The translations under genes and the position numbers were made by a program. The notes beneath the pieces were generated by a model. It was not told the origin of the DNA. It searched no databases and was given only the letters and a program-made list of their open reading frames with translations. A DNA stretch of 64,000 bases. It comes from Cyanobacteria bacterium P01_A01_bin.123 (GTDB lineage Bacteria > Cyanobacteriota > Cyanobacteriia > Phormidesmidales > Phormidesmidaceae). Where the stretch lies: assembly GCA_039815185.1 (NCBI GenBank), contig JBCBZT010000004.1:64001-128000 (forward strand). Reading direction: 5' to 3'. The first letter of the stretch is position 1; each line of letters begins with the position of its first letter. Shown here piece by piece: positions 10,019-20,831 of this stretch.

Positions 10019-11530
10019 TCATCCCATCGATAAAGCTTCCAATAATGCCCGTAACTTCAACTGAATCTCTGCCACCTCCTTGTCTGGATCAGAGCCCGCG
10101 ACAATTCCGGCTCCGGCATATAGGTTAGCGACCTGGCCTTCCAGCAGGGCTGAGCGAATGCCGACGATGAATTCACAGTTACCCTGGTGGTCAATCCAGC
10201 CTAGGGGTGCAGCATAGAGCGATCGCTCAAAGGGTTCTTGGCTGCGGATAAAGTCCCAAACGCGATCGCGGGGCACGCCAGCCACTGCTGGAGTTGGATG
10301 TAGCTTTGCTAGTACTTGCAAAGCGTTTGTCTGGGAGGAGATTTGCGCCCGAATGGGGGTGTGCAAATGTTGAATGTTGGCCAGTTGCAACAACCCTGGC
10401 GTGGTGCAATATTTAGGGCTTAGACCCAAATTAATCAACGCCTCGGCAATGAACTCAACCACCAACCGATGCTCATGACGCTCCTTAGCGCTTTGGAGCA
10501 GCTGCTGAGCTAGGGCAGCGTCTGCTTGGGCGAATGTCCCCCGGGGGGCAGATCCGGCGAGGGCGTCACTGAGCAATTGTCCGCTACTGATACTCAACAG
10601 TCGTTCTGGACTGGCCCCAATGAAGGTTTGTCCTTGGCCATTGCTAACCGAGAATAGGTAGCAGTCTGGATGGTTGCATCGCAAGTTTTGTAAAGAGGCC
10701 ATCAATTCAAACGGAGCAGCAGCTTCCACGGTCAATCGGTGAGCCAGCACGACTTTATGGATTACCCCTGCTTCAATCGCGTTTAATGCCTTGACAACTC
10801 GAGTTCTAAAGGCTGCCAGCTTCTTCTTAGAAGGCTGGGATAGCGAGGGAAATAGACCCTTTAGATGCGCTCCCCCTTTGCCCTTGGCAGGGCGATGGTT
10901 AAAGACTGTTCCCGGTAAGTCATCGCTGGCTCGCTGTAACTGGGTCAAATAGCGCCGTACCACATCCATCCAGTCAGTTAAGTCATCCTGGGGAGCAATC
11001 GGTAAATTGAATACCCCCCAACAGTCTTGGCCTTGGCGGGTGAGCTGAAATTGGGGCAGCATTACGTAAGCATCTGAAAAGGGAGCTTGGGTGGTAATGC
11101 TCTGTTCAAAGAAAGTAAAGCTGCAAAAAAATTGAGGTCCCGTGAATGTCCAATTAGAGCAGTTCGAAAAGTCTTCGATTAAGGTGCTTGAACGCCATTG
11201 TTCAATCCAATGACTGGCCTGTAAAAAGCGATCGCTGTTGGTATTCCCATTACGGCCACTGCTACCCCCTAGGCATTCTAGGTTGGAATTTGCCGCACCC
11301 ACGGCAACCATGGCCTGTTGCTGAGCAGAGTTTTCGTAATAAAAGTGCCGTTGGTTAGGGGCAGTCAGGTGATTGAGAGCCATCAGCGGATCAATCGTGT
11401 CAACGGCAATGGCAAAACTGGCAAGTTTGGTCTGATGGTCTCGGCAGGCTTGTTGGTAGCAGTGCTTTAGAAACTGAAATATCTTGGTGTTGTTTTGAAC
11501 GCGTTCTAATCGATGGGGGACTACTGGCAT
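10019..11530 (-). CDS. menF: isochorismate synthase
   Basis: KVVLAH, FIGASPERL, ALAGSAPRG, KERHEH, LHPTPAVAG, YAGAGIVAGS. Confidence 0.9.
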   Translation of the reverse strand: MPVVPHRLERVQNNTKIFQFLKHCYQQACRDHQTKLASFAIAVDTIDPLMALNHLTAPNQRHFYYENSAQQQAMVAVGAANSNLECLGGSSGRNGNTNSDRFLQASHWIEQWRSSTLIEDFSNCSNWTFTGPQFFCSFTFFEQSITTQAPFSDAYVMLPQFQLTRQGQDCWGVFNLPIAPQDDLTDWMDVVRRYLTQLQRASDDLPGTVFNHRPAKGKGGAHLKGLFPSLSQPSKKKLAAFRTRVVKALNAIEAGVIHKVVLAHRLTVEAAAPFELMASLQNLRCNHPDCYLFSVSNGQGQTFIGASPERLLSISSGQLLSDALAGSAPRGTFAQADAALAQQLLQSAKERHEHRLVVEFIAEALINLGLSPKYCTTPGLLQLANIQHLHTPIRAQISSQTNALQVLAKLHPTPAVAGVPRDRVWDFIRSQEPFERSLYAAPLGWIDHQGNCEFIVGIRSALLEGQVANLYAGAGIVAGSDPDKEVAEIQLKLRALLEALSMG

Positions 11531-11939
11531 GGAATTGGAACAATGAAACGTGTTTTAACCCTTGGCCACATCCAGATTCATAGCTCTCCTTAGAGGAGGC
11601 GCAACCCTGCGCCCCTGCTCAAGGGGTCAAATCGGATGTGGTTTAATCCACTGCTGACAGTCTGGCGCAACTCCCAGGTCGCACACTCCAAGATAGAAAA
11701 GCCTTCTTCCCCTTGATCGGTGCCGCTGCTTAGCCGAACCAGCCGCTTTATATAGCGTCCATCGCTTTGGCCCGATCTAGGCAAATCGATAGGTGAACCC
11801 ATTTTATAGCTTTGCCCCCACTGCTAAGAGTCTATTGGTAGAGTAAATCTGAACAGTGCTTTTGGGCAAAGATGCTTGCGAGACCTATCAAACAGGCTTT
11901 ACCAGTTTCGTCGCTGATGGGTTGACGAATCCGTAGATA

Positions 11940-14900
11940 ATGGCGGTTGTGGGAGGCAGGATATTCGTGCAGGGCGCTAGGTGGCGATCGCGATTAATAA
12001 CGGTAGTGATGGCGTTAATTGTGCTGCCATTGCTAATAGTCGCCGCACACGCAGCTCCCCCCTTCGATTGGGCAAAAAATCCTCTACTGCAGACGGTTTC
12101 AAGCCCTGAAGCGCCCCAGACTAAACAGCAAAACTCAGATAGGACTGTTTTATTTGAGGTAGAAGGGGTGCTAGAACCGGGCGATTCGGTGCTTGAGATC
12201 AACGGTAGCCTGCACGATGTTTACCCTTTTGAAGGTGAAGCCGGACAAACCATCACCATTCAGATGACCAGTGATGAATTTGACACCTATCTGGTTTTGA
12301 TCGATGCCGCCGGGCAAACGATTGGCGAAAATGACGATTCGAGCTTTTCAGACACGAACTCAACCCTAACGGTATCGCTACCTGAAACCGGCACCTATGG
12401 CATCGTTGCCAATGCTTTTGATGACACCGGACGCGGAAACTATCGCTTAACGGTCTCAGTAGCCAGTGCCTCAGAAAGTCAGCTATCAGAGGCCAACCGC
12501 CTGCTTCAGGAGGGCATTGAGCAGTTTGAAATCAGCCAGTTTCAGGGGGCGATCGCGGCTTGGCAGCAAGCGCTAGACATTTACCAGGCCCTGGAAAATC
12601 GCCAAATGGAAGCGGAAACCCTGTTCTATTTGGCCGGGGCTTATGTCTCCTTGGGTCAGTCCCAGCAAGCGGCTGATGTGCTTCAACCCGCATTAGCCAT
12701 CACCCGCGACATCAACGATCGCCAAGCGGAAGCCCTAATCCTGGGTCTTTTGAGTGTGGTCTACAACACCCTGGGCGAATCTCGGCAGATTATCGAGTTA
12801 AGCCAGCAAGCGTTGGAGATTGCGCGGGTAACGAATGATCGTCCGGGAGAATTAACTGCCCTGATTAATCTAGGGAGCGCCTATCAGGCTTTGGGCCAAT
12901 ATCAGCGAACCATTGAAGTTTATCAACAAGCGCTAGAGATTGCCCGCGACAGTGGCGATCCACAAAGTGAGGCCAATACCCTAGATAGATTAGGACTGGC
13001 CTACGACTACCTGGGTCAATCTCAGCGGGCGATTGAGTTGCATCAGCAAGCCCTCGCCATCGCCCGTAACGCTAATGATCGAGAAAGCGAAGGCATCGCC
13101 TTGTACTACCTGGGCAGTGCTTACAATTCCCTGGGGCAATATCAGCAAGCCATTGAGGTTTATCAGCAAGCGTTGACGATTATTCGCGAGGGCGGTGATC
13201 GCCAACGGGAAGCCCAGGTTTTACGCAGTTTGGGGCGGGTTTACCATGCCCTGGGGCAATATCAGCAGGCCATTGAGATCTATCAGCAAGCCCTCATTAT
13301 TGATCGAGACATCGGCGATCGCCGCAACGAAACCGTCTCCCTAGATCTCTTAGGCGATGCCCACAATGGCCTGGGCCAATTGCAGCCAGCCATTGAGTTT
13401 TATCAACAATCTCTTGCCATCGACCGCGATATCGCCTTTCCCCTAGGTGAAGTCCTTTCCCTCAACAATATGGGCATGGCTTTCCTCGATGCTGAGCAAT
13501 TTGGGGAAGCCGAGATTGCCCTGGCACAGTCTATTGAAACCCTTGAGTCGATGCGGGCTGACTTGCCCGATGCCCAACTGATCTCCATTGCGGATCTACA
13601 GGGCTACGCCTATACCAACCTGGAAAGAGCACTGACCGCTCAAAACAAAGTTGTAGACGCATTAGAAGTCACAGAACGCGCGCGGGCACGAGCCTTCGCA
13701 CTACGACTCGCGAGTCGCCTTGCAAATTCTGGAGAACAACCTGCGCCCCAAGCACGGGCGGCCATAGGCGCACCTGAAACCGTCAATCCCCCCTCGATTG
13801 CTGAAATCCAGCAAATTGCCTGTGACCAAAATGCAACCCTGGTCACTTACTCCTTAATTCTCGATCAGGCCCTCTACATTTGGGTAGTACAACCGACGGG
13901 TGAGATTGAGTTTCGCTCAGTTGAGTTTGGCGGGTCTGGCAGTCTTCCCAACCCGATTGCCACCATTGATGGCCCCGTCTATCGCGGTGCCCCGGCCGCC
14001 TCCGAACTTAACACCCTGGTTACCGATTCGCGCGCGGGGATTGGCGTGGTCGGTGGCATCCCCGCTGAACGCCTGAAGGAACTCCATCAAGTTTTGATCG
14101 ATCCGATCGCGGATTTACTCCCGAGTGATCCAGAAGCCCGCGTTGTTTTTGTGCCCCAAGGTAGCCTGTTCCTGGTTCCGTTTACGGCTCTACAAGCCGC
14201 CGACAACAGCTACTTGATTGAAACCCATACGGTATTAACCGCGCCCTCAATTCAGGTGTTGGGGTTAACCGCCAGCGCCCAGCGTGGAACTCGAAATTTT
14301 CTAAACGATCAAGGTGCCCTAGTGGTGGGGAATCCGGTCATGCCTGATGTTTCGATTCCCAGTGGGGAGGGACTACAAGACATTCAGCTAGCACCCTTGC
14401 CTGGTGCTGAAACCGAAGCGATCGCGATTGGCGATTTCTTGGACGTTTCACCCCTACTTGGGGCTCAAGCCACGGAAGCCCAGATCAAACAACAGTTGCC
14501 AACCGCATCCCTGATTCATCTGGCAACCCACGGCTTGCTTGAATATGGTGACCCCCAGTCCTCCGGGGTCCTGGACGTCCCCGGTGCAGTGGCCCTGACC
14601 TCCGGCAATGGCGAAGATGGATTGCTCACCGCTGCTGAGATTCTGGAGGTCGGATTGCAGGCGGAATTAGCCGTCTTAAGCGCTTGTGATACCGGGCGGG
14701 GGCGAATTACCGGGGATGGTGTGATCGGCCTTTCACGTTCTCTGATCACCGCTGGCGTGCCCAGTGTAATTGTGTCGCTATGGGCCGTCCCCGATGCCCC
14801 GACAGCGGCACTCATGACGGAATTTTATCGTCAGCTTCAGCAGGGGCAAACCAAAGCCCAAGCATTGCGACAGGCGATGTTAGCGACCCTAGCGGATTCC

Positions 14901-14951
14901 CCGGAACCTGTTAACTGGGCCGCTTTTACCTTGATGGGTGCGGTGGAGTAG
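11940..14951 (+). CDS. PPC-TPR-CHAT protein 1 (signal peptide; start may be GTG 11967)
   Basis: Hydrophobic N-terminus, pre-peptidase C-terminal (PPC) type domain, 40-aa TPR repeats, and CHAT motifs IHLATHG / LSACDTG / WAAF. Confidence 0.92.
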   Translation: MAVVGGRIFVQGARWRSRLITVVMALIVLPLLIVAAHAAPPFDWAKNPLLQTVSSPEAPQTKQQNSDRTVLFEVEGVLEPGDSVLEINGSLHDVYPFEGEAGQTITIQMTSDEFDTYLVLIDAAGQTIGENDDSSFSDTNSTLTVSLPETGTYGIVANAFDDTGRGNYRLTVSVASASESQLSEANRLLQEGIEQFEISQFQGAIAAWQQALDIYQALENRQMEAETLFYLAGAYVSLGQSQQAADVLQPALAITRDINDRQAEALILGLLSVVYNTLGESRQIIELSQQALEIARVTNDRPGELTALINLGSAYQALGQYQRTIEVYQQALEIARDSGDPQSEANTLDRLGLAYDYLGQSQRAIELHQQALAIARNANDRESEGIALYYLGSAYNSLGQYQQAIEVYQQALTIIREGGDRQREAQVLRSLGRVYHALGQYQQAIEIYQQALIIDRDIGDRRNETVSLDLLGDAHNGLGQLQPAIEFYQQSLAIDRDIAFPLGEVLSLNNMGMAFLDAEQFGEAEIALAQSIETLESMRADLPDAQLISIADLQGYAYTNLERALTAQNKVVDALEVTERARARAFALRLASRLANSGEQPAPQARAAIGAPETVNPPSIAEIQQIACDQNATLVTYSLILDQALYIWVVQPTGEIEFRSVEFGGSGSLPNPIATIDGPVYRGAPAASELNTLVTDSRAGIGVVGGIPAERLKELHQVLIDPIADLLPSDPEARVVFVPQGSLFLVPFTALQAADNSYLIETHTVLTAPSIQVLGLTASAQRGTRNFLNDQGALVVGNPVMPDVSIPSGEGLQDIQLAPLPGAETEAIAIGDFLDVSPLLGAQATEAQIKQQLPTASLIHLATHGLLEYGDPQSSGVLDVPGAVALTSGNGEDGLLTAAEILEVGLQAELAVLSACDTGRGRITGDGVIGLSRSLITAGVPSVIVSLWAVPDAPTAALMTEFYRQLQQGQTKAQALRQAMLATLADSPEPVNWAAFTLMGAVE

Positions 14952-14952
14952 T

Positions 14953-14993
14953 TAGCATTCCAGCGATACTCAGTGCATTTAGCAATTTGGCCA
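14953..14993 (+). repeat. partial (3' half) copy of the 105-bp repeat
   Basis: AGCATTCCAGCGATACTCAGTGCATTTAGCAATTTGGCCA directly after the CHAT1 stop. Confidence 0.8.
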
Positions 14994-15031
14994 AAGTAAT
15001 ATACGCAGCTGCGAGTTTTGGAGGTAGGGCA

Positions 15032-17881
15032 ATGATGAAGCGCTCTAGATGGCGATCGCGTTTGTTAGCCATAACCCTAGCGGTGGCAACCTGGCTATGG
15101 GTCACGGTGCCAGCCCAATCGACGCTTCCCTATTATCAGGAACATAATTTTCCATCGCAGGCGGCTTTTAGCCATGAGGCCCGCCAAACTAAGCAGCAAG
15201 ATTCAGATGGCACAGTCTTGCTTGAGGTTGAGGGCACCTTAGAAGCGGGCGATCAAAGGCTTGAAGATGGCAGTCTCTATGACATCTACCCGTTTGAAGG
15301 GGAAGCCGGGCAATCCATTACCATTCGGATGATGAGTGATGAGTTTGACACGTTTATCGGGGTGGTCAACACGGCAGGGGAATTGATTTATGAATCAGCC
15401 GCGAACTCCAACTTATCGGTATTCTTACCTGAAACGGCAACTTATCAGATCATTGCCACCATTTTTGATGACAGCGGGCAGGGGCAATACCGACTAACCG
15501 TATCAGCGGCTAGCGCCTCTGAAACGCAGCTAGCCGAAGCCAACCACCTACGTCAGCTAGGCATTCAGCAATATTTGACTAGCCAGTTTCAATCCGCACT
15601 GCAATCTTGGCAGCAAGCGATCGCGATTTATCGTTCTAGCGACATTCGCGAAGCATTTCCAGAGGCAAGCCGCCAAGGTGAAGCCGCCGCCTTGGGCAAC
15701 TTAGGACTCGTTTATCATGCCTCCGGTCAATATCAACAGGCCATTGACTTTTACCAGCAATCTTTAGCAATCGCTCGCGAAATCCGCGATCGCCAGGGTG
15801 AAGCCAATGCGCTGGGCAACTTGGGCAGTACCTACAGTAGCCTAGGCCAATATCAACGAGCGACTGACCTACACCAGCAATCCTTAGCGATTAAACGCGA
15901 AATTGACGATCGTCGGGGCGAAGCTACCTCTCTGGGCAATTTGGGCAATATTTACCGTTCCCTAGGGCAGTATGAACAGGCAATTGCCGCTTATCAACAA
16001 GCTTTAGACATTGCTGACGAAATTAGGGATATTGACATTCAAGCTGCTGCTCTAAGCAATTTAGGTCTTGTTTATCTTGCATTAGGTGAATATCAGCAAG
16101 CGCTTGACCTACATCAACAAGCTTTAGCGATTGCCCGTAACACAGGTAATCGTCAGAGCGAAGCTTATTCTTTGGGCCATTTAGGAATTGCTTATTACGC
16201 TTTGGGTCAGGATCAGCGCGCCATTGATTTCTATCAACAACAGTTAACGATTGTTCGCGACATTGGCGATCGCCAAGGGGAAGCTAGTGTCCTCAGCTAT
16301 CTTGGCGGTGTTTACAATACTCTGGGACAATCTCAGCAGGCTATTGAGTTTCATCAGCAATCTTTGGACATTATTCGCGACATCGGCGATCGCCAAGGGG
16401 AAGCCATGGCGCTTAATAGCTTGGGGATATCGTTAATCAGCACCAATCAACCGGCTGAAGCTGAAATTGTCCTCGCGCAATCCATTGAGATCTTTGAATC
16501 CCTGCGAACTGACCTACCGGATGCCCAACTCATTGCACTCGCGGATACCCAGGCAGGCGCCTATACGCTGCTAGAACTGGCATTAACCATCCAAGACAAA
16601 ACAGCCGAAGCCCTAGAAACCACAGAACGTGCCCGCGCCCGCGCCTTCGTGCTGCAACTCGCAAGCCGCCTCTCCAACCGAGAAGAGTCAACTCCCTTAG
16701 CTGAACCTGAGGCCACCCCACCTCCCAAGATTGCCGACATTCAGCAAATCGCCCGCGACCAAAACGCCACCCTCGTCACCTATTCCCTGATTTATGATCG
16801 GGCGCTCTATATCTGGGTCGTGCAACCGTCCGGCGAGATTGAGTTTCGCTCGGTGGAATTGGGTGGGTCTGGCAGTCTTCCTAACCCAATTGCCGCCATT
16901 GATGGCCCAGTTTATCGGGGCAATTCAGACCCGTCAGAACTGGACACCCTGGTTTCAGAAACACGGGCCGGCATTGGTGTGGTTGCAAGCATCCCCTCTG
17001 AACGGCTCAAAGACCTGCATCAAGTGCTGATTGAACCGATTGCCGATTTACTGCCCAGCGATCCTGACGCCAACGTCGTTTTCATCCCCCAAGGCAGTCT
17101 CTTTTTAGTGCCTTTCCCTGCCCTGCAAGATGCCGACGACACCTACTTGATTGAAAAACATACGGTATTGACTGCGCCATCCATTCAGGTCTTTGGGTTA
17201 GCAGCTAGGGAGGAAGCCCAAGGGCGGCGTTCTGAGTTTTCTGATGCGCTCGTTGTGGGTAATCCAGTCATGCCCCAAGCTTGGGCTTTGGGTGATAACG
17301 GGCTAGAAGAACTCCAGCTTGCCCCCCTGCCCGGTGCCGAAGCGGAAGCCTTGGCAATCGGCGACTTCCTCAATGTTTCACCCCTGATTGGTGCTCAAGC
17401 CACCGAGGCCCAGATCAAACAACAATTCCCGAGTGCTCAACTCATTCACCTGGCGACCCATGGCTTACTCGAATACGGCGATCCCCAGTCCTCGGGCGTT
17501 CTGGATGTCCCCGGTGCCCTAGCCCTCACCCCTGGCGATGGCGAAGACGGCTTGCTAACTGCCGCCGAGATTCTAGAAATAGACTTGCAGGCTGAGCTAG
17601 CGGTTCTGAGTGCTTGCGACACAGGACGGGGGCGGATTACGGGAGATGGCGTGGTCGGGCTTTCACGATCGCTGATTACGGCTGGCGTGCCCAGCGTAAT
17701 TGTGTCGCTGTGGGCCGTACCCGATGCACCGACAGCTGCGTTGATGACAGAGTTTTATCGCCAGCTCCAGCAGGGGCAGAGCAAGGCTCAGGCGCTACGG
17801 CAGGCGATGTTAGCAACATTGAACGACTCCCCGGAACCGGTCAATTGGGCAGCGTTTACATTAATGGGAGCAATCGAATAG
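15032..17881 (+). CDS. PPC-TPR-CHAT protein 2
   Basis: GAGGT ribosome-binding site followed by ATGATGAAGCGC, as in paralogs 3 and 4. Same architecture with the His/Cys dyad intact. Confidence 0.92.
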   Translation: MMKRSRWRSRLLAITLAVATWLWVTVPAQSTLPYYQEHNFPSQAAFSHEARQTKQQDSDGTVLLEVEGTLEAGDQRLEDGSLYDIYPFEGEAGQSITIRMMSDEFDTFIGVVNTAGELIYESAANSNLSVFLPETATYQIIATIFDDSGQGQYRLTVSAASASETQLAEANHLRQLGIQQYLTSQFQSALQSWQQAIAIYRSSDIREAFPEASRQGEAAALGNLGLVYHASGQYQQAIDFYQQSLAIAREIRDRQGEANALGNLGSTYSSLGQYQRATDLHQQSLAIKREIDDRRGEATSLGNLGNIYRSLGQYEQAIAAYQQALDIADEIRDIDIQAAALSNLGLVYLALGEYQQALDLHQQALAIARNTGNRQSEAYSLGHLGIAYYALGQDQRAIDFYQQQLTIVRDIGDRQGEASVLSYLGGVYNTLGQSQQAIEFHQQSLDIIRDIGDRQGEAMALNSLGISLISTNQPAEAEIVLAQSIEIFESLRTDLPDAQLIALADTQAGAYTLLELALTIQDKTAEALETTERARARAFVLQLASRLSNREESTPLAEPEATPPPKIADIQQIARDQNATLVTYSLIYDRALYIWVVQPSGEIEFRSVELGGSGSLPNPIAAIDGPVYRGNSDPSELDTLVSETRAGIGVVASIPSERLKDLHQVLIEPIADLLPSDPDANVVFIPQGSLFLVPFPALQDADDTYLIEKHTVLTAPSIQVFGLAAREEAQGRRSEFSDALVVGNPVMPQAWALGDNGLEELQLAPLPGAEAEALAIGDFLNVSPLIGAQATEAQIKQQFPSAQLIHLATHGLLEYGDPQSSGVLDVPGALALTPGDGEDGLLTAAEILEIDLQAELAVLSACDTGRGRITGDGVVGLSRSLITAGVPSVIVSLWAVPDAPTAALMTEFYRQLQQGQSKAQALRQAMLATLNDSPEPVNWAAFTLMGAIE

Positions 17882-17916
17882 TGAGGTTACCCGGTCGATT
17901 TTTTTGAGGTGGGGCA

Positions 17917-20805
17917 ATGATGAAGCGCTCTAGATGGCGATCGCGTTTAATAGCCGTAACCCTAGCGATCGCGACATGGCTGTTAGTGACGGTGCCCGCA
18001 CAATCCACTCTCCCTTTCAATTGGGAAGACAATGTCTGGCTGCAGACAGTTGCGAATCGTCAAAATGTCCAGCAAAACAATGTCCTGCGAACAAAGCAAC
18101 AAGATTCAGGGCAGACAGTCTTGCTGAGGGTTGAAGGGGTTTTAGAAACAGGTGATCTAGCTTTCGAGGATGGCAGCCTCTACGACGTTCATCCCTTTGA
18201 AGGCGAATCAGGGCAAGCCATCACGATTCACATGATGAGTGACGAATTTGACACTTATTTAATCCTGGTCAATGCAGAAGGAGAAGCCATTGGCAGAAAT
18301 GACGATTCAACATCCTTAGAAACCAACTCAACCCTGACAATATTGCTGCCTGAAACAGGGACTTATCGCATCATTGCTAACGCGTTTGATGCCACTGGAC
18401 AAGGAAACTATCAAATAACGGTTTCAATCGCGAGTGATTTTGAGGTTCAGCAATTAGAAGCTGATCGTTTGTTCCTCCAAGGCGGTCAGCAATATCAAGT
18501 CAGCCAGTTTCAAGCTGCTTTGCAGTCTTGGCAGCAAGCCTTAGAGATTTATCAATCCATCGGCATGTCTGAAACAGCAGTTTACGCCTTAAGCGGTATA
18601 GGCAATGCCTATTTTTCCCTAGGTCAATATCAGCAAGCCAGCAGTTTTTACCATCAATCTTTAGAGATGGCTGATGATCTCGGCGATCGCCAAGCCCAAG
18701 CCACTGCTCTTGGCAACTTAGGTCTGATTTACGAAGCTTTAGGTCAATATCAGCAAGCGATTGAATCGCATCAGCAATCCTTAGCTGTCGATCGCGCCAT
18801 TAACAATCGTCGAGGAGAAGCCGTTTCCCTAGGCAACTTGGGTAATGTCTATTATTTTCTAGGTCAATATCAACGAGCCATTGAGTTTCATCAGCAATCG
18901 TTGGCTATCAATCGCAACATCAGCAATCGTCAAGGAGAAGCCGTTTCCCTAGGGAATTTAGGGCTTGCCCATGGCGCATTAGACCAGTATCAGCAGGCAA
19001 TTGACTTGCATCAGCAATCGTTGGCTATCAATCGCGATATTGGTAATCGTCAGGGAGAAAACACGACCCTCGATAATTTAGGGAGTGTCTATTATTCATT
19101 GGGTCAATATCAGCAAGCACTTGACTTGTATCAGCAAGCTTTGGACATCGCTCTCGAAATTGGCGATCGCCAAGGCGAAGGCAACCTCCTTGTCAATCTG
19201 GGTGAAATTCACAATGCCCTGGGTCAATATCAGCAAGCGCTTGACTTGTATCAGCAAGCCTTGGGTATTGCTCGCGAAATTAGCGATCGTCAAGTGGAAG
19301 CCATTGCTCTTAATAACCTCGGTTCGTTGTTCATCAGCACCAATCAATGGGCTGAAGCTGAAATCGCACTAACACAATCTATCGAAGCCTACGAATTACT
19401 GCGAACTGATTTAAGCGATACTCAACTCATCTCTATCGCCGATACCCAAGCCGCTACCTATGCCCACCTAGAAAAGGCATTAACCGCCCAAGGCAAAACA
19501 GCCGAGGCACTAGAAACCACAGAACGCGCCCGCGCTCGCGCCTTCGTGCTGCAACTTGCGAGCCGCCTCTCCAACCCGGAAGAACCAGTTGCCCCAGATG
19601 GCTCTAATCTAGATGGCTCTAACGGTGTAAATTCTGCTTCTATTGCTGAGATTCAGCAAATCGCCCGCAACCAAAACGCCACACTCGTCACCTACTCCCT
19701 GATTTTCGATGAAGCTTTGTATATCTGGGTCGTGCAACCCTCCGGCGAGGTTGAGTTTCGCTCGGTGGAATTGGGTGAGTCTGATAGTCTCCCCAACCCT
19801 ATTGCCACGATTGATGGCCCCGTTTATCGCGGTGATTCAGATGCTTCAGAACTAGACACCTTAGTTGCCGAGACGCGGGCAGGCATTGGGGTTGTGGCTA
19901 ACAGCATTCCTTCTGAACGACTCAAAGACTTGCACCAGATTTTGATTGATCCAATCGCAGATTTACTCCCGACTGATCCCAATGCAAATGTCGTTTTCGT
20001 GCCCCAAGGGAGTCTCTTCTTAGTGCCGTTTGCGGCCTTGCAAGATACTGACGGCACCTACCTGATCGAAAAACACACGGTATTAACTGCCCCGTCAATT
20101 CAGGTGTTAGGGCTAGTGTCTAGGGACGCCCCTGGCCAGAGCAGTGCAGCGTTGTTACAACAAGATAACGCCTTAGTGGTGGGGAATCCGCTCATGCCAG
20201 AGGTTGTCGTTCTGGGTGATGAGGGACTACAACCCATTCGACTTGCTCCCTTACCTGGAGCCGAAGCTGAAGCTTTAGACATTGGCAATTTCCTCAACAT
20301 TTCGCCCTTGATTGGCGATCAAGCCACCGAAGCCCAGATTAAGCAACAGCTTCCCACGGCTTCCCTAATTCACCTGGCAACTCACGGCTTGCTCGAATAT
20401 GGTGACCCCCAATCTTCCGGCGTTCTAGATTTACCGGGTGCCCTGGCCCTCACCCCTGGCGATGGCGAAGACGGATTGCTGACTGCCGCCGAGATTCTAG
20501 AAATGGACTTGCAGGCCGAGCTAGCGGTTCTAAGTGCTTGCGATACAGGGCGTGGACGAATTACGGGAGACGGTGTGGTAGGGCTGTCGCGCTCCTTAAT
20601 TACAGCTGGCGTCCCCAGCGTAATTGTGTCGCTGTGGGCGGTTCCCGATGCGCCCACAGCTGCGTTGATGACGGAATTTTATCGTCAGCTCCAGCAGGGG
20701 CGGAGCAAGGCTCAGGCGCTACGGCAGGCGATGTTAGCAACGTTGAACGATTCACCGGAACCAGTCAATTGGGCAGCGTTTACATTAATGGGAGCAATCG
20801 AGTAG
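17917..20805 (+). CDS. PPC-TPR-CHAT protein 3
   Basis: Same architecture; IHLATHG and LSACDTG present. Confidence 0.92.
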   Translation: MMKRSRWRSRLIAVTLAIATWLLVTVPAQSTLPFNWEDNVWLQTVANRQNVQQNNVLRTKQQDSGQTVLLRVEGVLETGDLAFEDGSLYDVHPFEGESGQAITIHMMSDEFDTYLILVNAEGEAIGRNDDSTSLETNSTLTILLPETGTYRIIANAFDATGQGNYQITVSIASDFEVQQLEADRLFLQGGQQYQVSQFQAALQSWQQALEIYQSIGMSETAVYALSGIGNAYFSLGQYQQASSFYHQSLEMADDLGDRQAQATALGNLGLIYEALGQYQQAIESHQQSLAVDRAINNRRGEAVSLGNLGNVYYFLGQYQRAIEFHQQSLAINRNISNRQGEAVSLGNLGLAHGALDQYQQAIDLHQQSLAINRDIGNRQGENTTLDNLGSVYYSLGQYQQALDLYQQALDIALEIGDRQGEGNLLVNLGEIHNALGQYQQALDLYQQALGIAREISDRQVEAIALNNLGSLFISTNQWAEAEIALTQSIEAYELLRTDLSDTQLISIADTQAATYAHLEKALTAQGKTAEALETTERARARAFVLQLASRLSNPEEPVAPDGSNLDGSNGVNSASIAEIQQIARNQNATLVTYSLIFDEALYIWVVQPSGEVEFRSVELGESDSLPNPIATIDGPVYRGDSDASELDTLVAETRAGIGVVANSIPSERLKDLHQILIDPIADLLPTDPNANVVFVPQGSLFLVPFAALQDTDGTYLIEKHTVLTAPSIQVLGLVSRDAPGQSSAALLQQDNALVVGNPLMPEVVVLGDEGLQPIRLAPLPGAEAEALDIGNFLNISPLIGDQATEAQIKQQLPTASLIHLATHGLLEYGDPQSSGVLDLPGALALTPGDGEDGLLTAAEILEMDLQAELAVLSACDTGRGRITGDGVVGLSRSLITAGVPSVIVSLWAVPDAPTAALMTEFYRQLQQGRSKAQALRQAMLATLNDSPEPVNWAAFTLMGAIE

Positions 20806-20831
20806 TCGGTCGATTTTTTTGAGACGGGGCA

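Noticed and set aside
2981..11530. Isochorismatase plus isochorismate synthase as a siderophore pathway
   Set aside because: The genes are 6 kb apart with unrelated genes between them. The hydrolase is a generic family member and menF fits phylloquinone synthesis.
11590..11802. 70-aa ORF upstream of menF
   Set aside because: No recognisable motif, and it ends in a small GC hairpin repeat. It cannot be supported.
14987..15031. ORF-track TTG start for CHAT gene 2
   Set aside because: It lies in the repeat remnant. The paralogs support ATG 15032 with a GAGGT ribosome-binding site.
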